Source: a virus (Duplodnaviria > Caudoviricetes). Taken from it: a stretch of 64,000 nucleotides of DNA. The notes below the pieces were generated by a model, which was not told the DNA's origin, ran no database searches, and saw nothing but the letters and a program-made list of their open reading frames with translations. The stretch lies in the IMG/VR virus record IMGVR_UViG_3300024252_000005, one strand, 5' to 3'. This document shows, piece by piece, positions 56,377 through 64,000 of this stretch (position 1 is the first letter of the stretch; every line of letters begins with the position of its first letter). Both the position numbers and the translations under genes were made by a program.

Positions 56377-59300
56377 ATGGCAACAAAAAATTTAGTACCA
56401 AGAGCAGACAATGAAGGTAAATTAGGCCTAAGAGATACAACGCCTAAAAGAAGATGGCTAGAGTCAAACGCTGTAAGTGGTTCTTTTGATTATTTAAGAA
56501 CAGATGAATTAAAAAACTTAAGCAATTTTGATTTATTAGAAGCTGGTGACAATATAACGATTGCTAGAGAGGAAGATGCAAATGAAGGCTGGAGATACAA
56601 AATATCTTCAACAGCTTCAGGCGGAAGTTCAGCTGAAACTCATAGGATATTTGCAGATGATACTGGAACAAGAAGCGAAGTTTTAGTATCAGATGACAAT
56701 ACACAAAGTAATACTTTTATTAATTTTAAGTTAGACGGAAATGATCAGTGGAGAATCTCAAAAACTAGTAGTAATGAGTTCCCATTCTTGCCTATGACAG
56801 ATGCTAGCGATTTAGGTAGCATAACAAATGAAGTAAGATCTTTATACGTCAAAAACACAGCTTCTTCAGGAGAATCATTTGGTATAAACTTTTCTGATGG
56901 AACTGAATGGAAGTCAAACTTAAGCTTAAGTTCTACAAATAGACTAAGATTTTCTAGCACAAAAGATGGCAGCAATTTAGTATTTGATAACATACCAGTT
57001 TTTAAAGAGCCTGTTAAAGTTGCGACAAAAGAAAACTTAAACTATACTTATAACTCTTCTACAGGAGAGTTAACTGAAGTTGCGACAACAGGTACATTAA
57101 GTATTGACGGTATAACTTCTTTTGTTGTCGGCGATAGAATTCTTGTTAAAAATCAAACAAGTTCAGTTCATAATGGCTTATATAAAGTAAAAACAATGAC
57201 AACTAGTTCATCTGTTGTCCTAGAAAGAGATATTGATTTAAAAGTAGGCGAAGACTTTGAAAACATTATAGTTTTTGCTTTACAAGGAACAAAAAATAGT
57301 GGAACATGCTTTATTTCTCGTCCTGACGGAGTGACAGCAAACACTGTAGGGTCTCATAATTTAAATTGGTCTACAACTACTTCAAGAGGAATTGAGTCTG
57401 TTAGCGAAGATACTGCTCCGTCACTGGGTGGTGATTTAAATGTAGGAACAAATTCAATAAAATCATCATCTAGCAGCATTAAATTTTTACCTGGAAGTCA
57501 AACTTTAAACGGCACAGAGATTTCTGATGGCTTAGTTTCAATAAACAATAACAGTACATCTGGTTCAGAGTTAAGGCTTTATACAAATAACTCTTCTAGT
57601 TCTAACTTATATGTTAGCATAAAAGCACCGGAAAATAGCTCAAACAGCATATTTGCAAATAATAGCAACATCACTCTAAATCTACCTACCCATGATGGCT
57701 CTAATAATAATACTTTAGCAACAGAAGAATGGGTTGATTTAAGAGGTTATGCTACAGAATCATGGGTAGGTATTCAAGGATTTATAACAAGCTCTTCGCT
57801 TAATGGTTATGCTACAGAATCATGGGTAGGTAGTCAAGGATTCATAACAAACTTGACCAACTATTCAACTACAACACAGATGAATGCAGCAATTGATAGT
57901 AAAATATCTGGATTTGATGAAATACTAACCCCGGTAAAAGCTGCAACAGAACAGAATCTAGGTTTTACATATAATAATTCATCACAAACTCTCACAGGAT
58001 CAGGCACTTCACTTGTAGTTGATACGAGTTACACAGTTTCAGCTGGTGATAGAATACTTGTTAAAAATCAGGCAGACAAGAAACATAATGGCGTCTATAC
58101 AGTAACAGCTTTAACGCCTGCAGTAGTATTAACAAGAGCAGATTTTGTATCTAACCCAGCAGCTGCAATAGATACAAAATTTGTTTTTGTAGAAGATGGT
58201 GCGTCTAATAAAGATTCTGGTTTTATATCGTCAGGAACTGGAAACGTAGGCGCTGTTGACCTTGAATTTAGAAAATTCTCTTCAGCAGCAAACTTTTCTG
58301 CTGGACTAGGATTAAGTCAAATTGGGAACACAATATCAGCAAAATTAAAATCAGCAGGTGGTTTAGCAGTATCTACAGATGGTTTATCAATAGCAACATC
58401 AGGTGTTACAAATGCAATGTTAGCTGGATCTATTGCTGATACAAAATTAAGTAAGATAACAACATCAGATAAAATAGGAATTACTGCTATTGATATAGAC
58501 GGTGGTACTGAGCTATCGTCTGATACACTTAAGTCTACTGGGCTTATTATTGCTGACATTGATGGGCAAGGAAACAATAGAAAAGTAAAAATATCAGAAC
58601 TATCTAATGTTATATTTGGAAGCAGCTCAAATAATGTTTCTTCTTGGGGTTTAAATATAGGAAGTGGCGGAGAAGTTTACTTAGACTCTGGAGGTTCTTC
58701 ACCTTTATTAAAAATTGTTGATAGTAAAGTAACTACTTCTAAGCTAGCTGATGGCTCTGTATCAAGTTCAAAGCTTAATAGCAATTTAATAACTGGCATT
58801 ACTAATACAATAACAGCAACTAATTTAAAAATTAACAGATCATCAACAAGGCTTTTAGTAGAATATAATAATGCTTTATATAAGCCTACAATATCTGATT
58901 TATTAACTGACGTGTTGAATATAGATAGTTATCCTACATACGCATCAGCTAGTCAAACGATATCAAAAGACAATGATATGCTTGTTGTTTATGATCTAGA
59001 CAAGCAAGTGCATAGAAAGGCATCAGTTTCTGAAATAGTTTCTGCAGCTGCAGATGCTATAACAAGCACAAGCAATCTAACGTTTGAAACATTTGACTAT
59101 AGTAATAATCATCTTCCTGGCACAAATAATTACTCTAATAATGAACCACTTAGCACAGACGGTGAAGATTTAATTTCTAATAGAGTTCATACAGTAATAC
59201 AAAGAAGTAATGCCGGCTTTTCTACAGCAAGTGGAGGTTATGTTCATAGATTTAATCTTCCTGCTATTAACAATATACACTCAAAAACTGGTGATCTTAT

Positions 59301-61488
59301 AATAATAAGATTTCAAATAAAAGATCACCCTAATCAAAGCAATAATATAAGTACTACAACAAGCACTTTTCAAACAAAGTATGGTGATAAACATAGTTTT
59401 GGCCTTCATGGAAGATTAGATATTAGGCCCAAAAGTGGTAGTGGTACATTAGCTTCATATGACATTAACAAGCTAGTAAACGGTGAAGTTTTATTAAGAT
59501 TTAATGGCACTGAATGGCTATTACCAAGTACTGTAACTAAAGAAGAAATACATCATACACCCGCTACTACATTAATTTTAGCGACTGGCGGGGTATCTTT
59601 GTGGGGAAAGACAGTCTTATTTACAGCAGAACAAGAAACGCCTAGAACAATTTATCTTCCTCCGCCAGACTTTGCCATTCATGGCAAGTCTTCTATGCGA
59701 ATTATTTCTTGGGGTAAAAGCCAGACATTTACAATTAATACAGGAGACGGTTCTGAGTCTATTCTTGATCATAAAAACTCTCCAGGCAATTCAGTCTCGC
59801 CAAGCCTTTCAAAAAGTATAACAATAAATTCTGGCCCAGGAATAATAGAAATTATTTATAGTAATTTAAATATTACAGCAGGCAGCAATGGTACACATAA
59901 TTTTCAATGTTGGGTAATTTCTTACCCTGAATCCGGAACATTTACAACACAAACTTTCCTTACAGCAATGAAGGGATCACCTCAAAGTGGAGATTCAGGA
60001 TTAAATGATAAGATTCCAACATTTCAAAGTAATTCGCCTACAGTAATTGAAGCTAGAAAAGTATACACAAACTTAATAGAAGACAGTGCAATAACAACAG
60101 GTAAAATTTTAGATGATGCAATAAGTTCAGGCAAACTACAATCCAGTGCAGTTGTAACTGCAAAGATATCAGATAGTGCAGTTATTGCTAGTAAAATTGC
60201 AGACAATGCTGTTGTGACATCAAAGATTCTTGACGACAATATTACAAAAGCGAAAATAGAAAAGATAAGTCCATATAAGATTTTAGGAAATGTACCACAA
60301 GATCCTACAGTATCAAATTCAAATGCAAACCCACTAGAAACGACTGTTGATGTAGAACTAGATGCACAAAATGTTGCTGGAAATCACTCTTCAATAGCAA
60401 CTACGAGAGCTATAAAATCTTATGTTATTCAAAAACTACAAGACTTTCAACCATCTGCTACTAGCGACCAATACAAATATATAACATTTAATGAAAGCAC
60501 ACCTCCGGGACAAATTTACTCAGTATCTGCTAACGATTTTATAGGTGATACAGCACATGTAGTAGTTAAAAACGAACGATGGAGAAGGAACCTTTCAGTC
60601 AATAAAATAAATCCTAGTTCAGAATCATGGGCAAACAAAGCTCCGACCGCAAGGTATAAAGATACAAGCACAGATGGATTTTTTCAAGGCAGATACCCTG
60701 TTTACCCAGTAATGTCAGGTGGTTATCAACAATTAATGGGTATAGAACTGCCTAAAACTTCTAATATTACTCCCGGAATAAAAATATGCTTCTACTATAT
60801 TTCTACAATAAATACGTCTTCACTTGACACAAGCTTAACTGGATCTTACACACACATTCCCGGTAATATAAAGCTGTTTACAAACAAAAACGATAAAATA
60901 TACCAAAATTTTAATGAAAAATATGTAGCATATAACCTTCATAATCCTAATAATACTCATGGTTACAGTGATAAATTTCAAGTAGATCTAAGTGATTCTA
61001 GCATTTATGATTCTAGCAAGTCTGAACAAGAAAACATGATTACAATATATAACAGTATTAAAAGTGCTATTACTAGCATAAATTTGCCAAGAACGGGTTT
61101 ACATGTTTATAATACTTATAATGCAATGCAATCAATAATGGTACCTAAAGGCTTCAGAGACTTTTCAGATACTAGTTTGATAACTTCTAATCTAAAAGAA
61201 GCGACGTTTATTAGGAGCTATACGGGGAGATTGCCATATCAGTCAGGTTTAATGGGTCTCACAAATCACCATTCAAGCAGTTATAGTCGAAACAATGGTG
61301 CTGATTCAGGATATATACAATACTTCAGAGGCCCAGGTATGGGCGCGCCGAGGAGATTTCCATCATCAACGCAACAAAACACGCATTGCGTTAAAAATAC
61401 TTATGAACTAGTTCATGAAAGAAATCTTGGCGTAACATGGAGATTTATGCTTGCTGAAGTCGTTGAAATACCAAGCACAATATCATAA
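56377..61488 (+). CDS. very large tail fibre-like protein (1703 aa)
   Basis: S/T/N-rich; two VK.AT..NL..GDRILVKNQ..NG.Y modules; AGLGL repeat; VTTSKLAD/AVVTAKI repeats. Confidence 0.8.
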   Translation: MATKNLVPRADNEGKLGLRDTTPKRRWLESNAVSGSFDYLRTDELKNLSNFDLLEAGDNITIAREEDANEGWRYKISSTASGGSSAETHRIFADDTGTRSEVLVSDDNTQSNTFINFKLDGNDQWRISKTSSNEFPFLPMTDASDLGSITNEVRSLYVKNTASSGESFGINFSDGTEWKSNLSLSSTNRLRFSSTKDGSNLVFDNIPVFKEPVKVATKENLNYTYNSSTGELTEVATTGTLSIDGITSFVVGDRILVKNQTSSVHNGLYKVKTMTTSSSVVLERDIDLKVGEDFENIIVFALQGTKNSGTCFISRPDGVTANTVGSHNLNWSTTTSRGIESVSEDTAPSLGGDLNVGTNSIKSSSSSIKFLPGSQTLNGTEISDGLVSINNNSTSGSELRLYTNNSSSSNLYVSIKAPENSSNSIFANNSNITLNLPTHDGSNNNTLATEEWVDLRGYATESWVGIQGFITSSSLNGYATESWVGSQGFITNLTNYSTTTQMNAAIDSKISGFDEILTPVKAATEQNLGFTYNNSSQTLTGSGTSLVVDTSYTVSAGDRILVKNQADKKHNGVYTVTALTPAVVLTRADFVSNPAAAIDTKFVFVEDGASNKDSGFISSGTGNVGAVDLEFRKFSSAANFSAGLGLSQIGNTISAKLKSAGGLAVSTDGLSIATSGVTNAMLAGSIADTKLSKITTSDKIGITAIDIDGGTELSSDTLKSTGLIIADIDGQGNNRKVKISELSNVIFGSSSNNVSSWGLNIGSGGEVYLDSGGSSPLLKIVDSKVTTSKLADGSVSSSKLNSNLITGITNTITATNLKINRSSTRLLVEYNNALYKPTISDLLTDVLNIDSYPTYASASQTISKDNDMLVVYDLDKQVHRKASVSEIVSAAADAITSTSNLTFETFDYSNNHLPGTNNYSNNEPLSTDGEDLISNRVHTVIQRSNAGFSTASGGYVHRFNLPAINNIHSKTGDLIIIRFQIKDHPNQSNNISTTTSTFQTKYGDKHSFGLHGRLDIRPKSGSGTLASYDINKLVNGEVLLRFNGTEWLLPSTVTKEEIHHTPATTLILATGGVSLWGKTVLFTAEQETPRTIYLPPPDFAIHGKSSMRIISWGKSQTFTINTGDGSESILDHKNSPGNSVSPSLSKSITINSGPGIIEIIYSNLNITAGSNGTHNFQCWVISYPESGTFTTQTFLTAMKGSPQSGDSGLNDKIPTFQSNSPTVIEARKVYTNLIEDSAITTGKILDDAISSGKLQSSAVVTAKISDSAVIASKIADNAVVTSKILDDNITKAKIEKISPYKILGNVPQDPTVSNSNANPLETTVDVELDAQNVAGNHSSIATTRAIKSYVIQKLQDFQPSATSDQYKYITFNESTPPGQIYSVSANDFIGDTAHVVVKNERWRRNLSVNKINPSSESWANKAPTARYKDTSTDGFFQGRYPVYPVMSGGYQQLMGIELPKTSNITPGIKICFYYISTINTSSLDTSLTGSYTHIPGNIKLFTNKNDKIYQNFNEKYVAYNLHNPNNTHGYSDKFQVDLSDSSIYDSSKSEQENMITIYNSIKSAITSINLPRTGLHVYNTYNAMQSIMVPKGFRDFSDTSLITSNLKEATFIRSYTGRLPYQSGLMGLTNHHSSSYSRNNGADSGYIQYFRGPGMGAPRRFPSSTQQNTHCVKNTYELVHERNLGVTWRFMLAEVVEIPSTIS
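57718..57850 (+). repeat. 60-bp-period tandem repeat (GYATESWVG.QGFIT)
   Basis: Units at 57745 and 57805, partial unit at 57718. Confidence 0.85.
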
Positions 61489-61517
61489 GAAATTATACTA
61501 AGACTAAAGGTAAAGAA

Positions 61518-63005
61518 ATGAACATAAATTTTTTAAAGATAACTGATAATATAGAATTTACAGACGACGACGGAAGAGTTTTCTATGAAATAGAAGGATA
61601 CAGCGGTGATTATGATGATCTAAACTCTGAATATTATGATGTATCAGAAGTACTGAAATTAGGTGATATTGAAAGCTTAGGCGACGTAAGTATAACAAGC
61701 ATAGCTGATAGTCATTTCTTTGTATACGATAATGCATCATCAAATTGGATAAATAAACAACCTTCAGATGCTATAATATCTTTAGGCATTACTGCAACAG
61801 CTGCTGAACTTAACTATTTAGATGTAACAACATTAGGTACTTCTGAAGCTGGCAAAGCAATTACTGTTAATGCAAGTGGAGATTTAATCATACCAGATAG
61901 TGATAAATTCCTGTTTGGTGCCGGGCTAGACATGACGTTATATCACGACGGTACAGACTCATATATCACAAACTCTACAGGCACTCTAAAGCTTGCAACA
62001 GAAACTAGTGGAATTGCAGTTCAAATAGGTCATGAAACGTCTGAGGTCACAATTGGTGATAACTTAACTGTAACTGGTAACTTAACAGTTAATGGTACAA
62101 CAACTACAGTTAACTCTACTGTAACAACATTAGACGACCCGATCATTACGCTCGGCGGTGATACAGCTCCTTCTTCAGACGATAACAAAGACAGAGGTGT
62201 AGAGTTTAAGTGGCACAACGGTTCATCAGCTAAAGTTGGCTTCTTTGGATATGATGATTCAGCATCAAAGTTTACATTTATTCCAGACGCTACAAATTCA
62301 TCAGAAGTATTTAGTGGTTCAGCAGGTGATGTTACATTTGGTGCTGCAGATTTTAGTGGAACAGTAACAACAACTTCAGACGTAGTCATAGATAACGCAA
62401 AGTCACTTAAATTAAGTGAGTTAGATTCTAATGGCTCGCATACTGTTTCTATCAAGGCACCAGATTCTGTTACAGCAGACATAACTCTAGTACTTCCTGA
62501 TGGCACGGGTTCAAATGGCCAAGCTCTTACAACTAACGGAAGTGGTGTTTTAAGTTGGTCAACAGTATCAGGTGGTTTAACTTCTACAGATATTACTGGT
62601 CAAACAGCAAAAACAACAGTACATAATGATGACTTAGTAATTTTAGCAGACTCACAAGACTCAAATAATCTAAAGAAGATGACAAGAGCAAATTTTGTTG
62701 ATGGTTTAACGGCAAACAAAACTTATTCTTCTAAAACATCAAACTTCACAGCTGCTGTAAACTATCATTATAGTGTTAATACAACAAGTGGTGCGATTAC
62801 TGTTAGTTTACCACAACTTTCAGCAACAACTTCAGGTGAAAGTATTACTATTAAATTTAGAGCAGGAACAAACTTTTTAACAATGACACCTTACTCAGGT
62901 AATACAATAGAAGGTTTAAACAATCTAATCTTAACTGATTCAGCAGCGCCTGGACAGAGTATAACTCTTGTTTCAAACGGATCTACAGCTTGGGAAATAA
63001 TTTAA
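61518..63005 (+). CDS. tail fibre-like protein
   Basis: LTVTGNLTVNGTTTTVNST, DPIITLG, NKDRGVEF, LPDGTGSNGQALTTNGSGVLSW. Confidence 0.8.
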   Translation: MNINFLKITDNIEFTDDDGRVFYEIEGYSGDYDDLNSEYYDVSEVLKLGDIESLGDVSITSIADSHFFVYDNASSNWINKQPSDAIISLGITATAAELNYLDVTTLGTSEAGKAITVNASGDLIIPDSDKFLFGAGLDMTLYHDGTDSYITNSTGTLKLATETSGIAVQIGHETSEVTIGDNLTVTGNLTVNGTTTTVNSTVTTLDDPIITLGGDTAPSSDDNKDRGVEFKWHNGSSAKVGFFGYDDSASKFTFIPDATNSSEVFSGSAGDVTFGAADFSGTVTTTSDVVIDNAKSLKLSELDSNGSHTVSIKAPDSVTADITLVLPDGTGSNGQALTTNGSGVLSWSTVSGGLTSTDITGQTAKTTVHNDDLVILADSQDSNNLKKMTRANFVDGLTANKTYSSKTSNFTAAVNYHYSVNTTSGAITVSLPQLSATTSGESITIKFRAGTNFLTMTPYSGNTIEGLNNLILTDSAAPGQSITLVSNGSTAWEII

Positions 63006-63020
63006 TCAAAGGAAAAACAC

Positions 63021-63296
63021 ATGTCTACAGGTATAAAAAAAATAAACGTTGACGAAAACAATAACGCATTTGCTACAACAACAAAAGTTGCAGGTGATGG
63101 TAGTGTTTTCATAAAAAGTGGTGATGATTATATCCTTCAAGATGATCTTAGAAACGGAACGGGAATATTCTTGGTTGATATTACAACAACAAATTCTTCT
63201 GGCGTACTTACTGTAAGTCCTCCAGTGAGTGTATTAACAAATTTAGATTCTAATTTTGAACTAGATTCAAATAATGATATTACACCAAAAACATAG
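63021..63296 (+). CDS. small structural protein
   Basis: FELDSNNDITPK resembles the motif in 55765. Confidence 0.6.
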   Translation: MSTGIKKINVDENNNAFATTTKVAGDGSVFIKSGDDYILQDDLRNGTGIFLVDITTTNSSGVLTVSPPVSVLTNLDSNFELDSNNDITPKT

Positions 63297-63345
63297 CTTA
63301 TATAATATATAATAACGTATTTACAGATCAAAAGGATATTAATTA

Positions 63346-64000
63346 ATGGCAAATTTAGTACCAAAGGTGGACAACAGTGGCACGCTAGGCACAAGCGCTA
63401 AAAAGTGGGCAAACGTTCATGCTACAACTTTAACACCAAGCGCTCAAGCTTCGTCGCTGAGCTTGAATTCTCAAAAAATAACAGACTTGGCAGCACCAAC
63501 ATCAGCAAATGATGCTGCAACAAAACAATATGTTGATCAAACTTCACAAGGACTAGACGTTAAAGCATCTGTAAGGGTTGCTACAACAGCAAACATTACA
63601 ATAGCAACAGCACTTAATGTTGGTGATGCTATTGATGGAGTAACTCTTGCTGATGGTGATCGTGTCTTAGTTAAAGATCAATCGACAGCATCACAAAATG
63701 GCATTTATGTAGCAGGTGCATCACCAGCAAGATCAGCAGACATGGCAGCTTCTTCAGAAGCTGCCGGTGTTTTTGTCTTTGTCGAAGAAGGCTCTACAAG
63801 CGCTGATCATGGATTTGTATGTACTACTAATGATAGTGCTGATACTGTTGGTACACACAGTTTAGCATTTGTACAGTTTTCTGGTGCAGGTCAAATTACT
63901 GCTGGCAGTGGTTTATCAAAAGCAGCAAACACACTTTCAGTTGATATTCCTGGATCCGCTGAGATGACCGGTGACGTCGCAGACACAGATGAGCTTTTAG
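63346..64000 (+). CDS. tail fibre-like protein, 3' truncated by window
   Basis: Hand-translated MANLVPKVDNSGTLG..DAATKQYVD..VRVATTANI..GDRVLVKDQ; N-terminus parallels 56377. Confidence 0.85.
   Translation, partial: MANLVPKVDNSGTLGTSAKKWANVHATTLTPSAQASSLSLNSQKITDLAAPTSANDAATKQYVDQTSQGLDVKASVRVATTANITIATALNVGDAIDGVTLADGDRVLVKDQSTASQNGIYVAGASPARSADMAASSEAAGVFVFVEEGSTSADHGFVCTTNDSADTVGTHSLAFVQFSGAGQITAGSGLSKAANTLSVDIPGSAEMTGDVADTDELL

Noticed and set aside
1-64000. Stop-codon reassignment as seen in some large phages
   Set aside because: Long genes are open in the standard code, TAA, TAG and TGA all end genes, and no suppressor tRNA is present.

Overview
This is a fragment of a large AT-rich dsDNA bacteriophage genome (jumbo/myovirus-like; standard genetic code, AAGGA-type Shine-Dalgarno sites, no integrase, rRNA or CRISPR seen). 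All annotations come from motif recognition by eye; no database searches were run. Layout: (1) 0.1-9.3 kb holds nucleotide enzymes (deaminase, nucleotidyltransferase, minimal PolX, ART-like protein) and a tRNA cluster. In that cluster tRNAs repeatedly sit inside or against broken halves of other tRNAs, and one split tRNA is interrupted by a Vsr/EDxHD-like endonuclease. (2) 9.3-35.4 kb is an almost entirely minus-strand early region built from more than 30 one- or two-gene cassettes. Each cassette is headed by a copy of the promoter CGTG(T/C)AA-N~18-TATAAT. The region contains four paralog families, a split R-M/helicase cassette and a visibly more GC-rich right half. (3) A palindrome-rich divergent junction lies at ~35.2-35.55 kb. 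(4) 35.6-42 kb holds plus-strand genes sharing an N-terminal leader MRITE(R/K)(K/R)LRxxIRxx(I/L)xE, fused to unrelated cargos (kinase-like, GNAT, acidic proteins); these are probably capsid-packaged effectors. (5) 42-55 kb holds envelope and host-control genes (DUF481-like beta-barrel, CHAP-like amidase, class III nucleotide cyclase, DinG helicase, NUDIX, GroEL-like, Hc1-like, sigma70 region-4 protein, PIN-PhoH). (6) 55-64 kb holds tail/fibre structural genes running off the window end.
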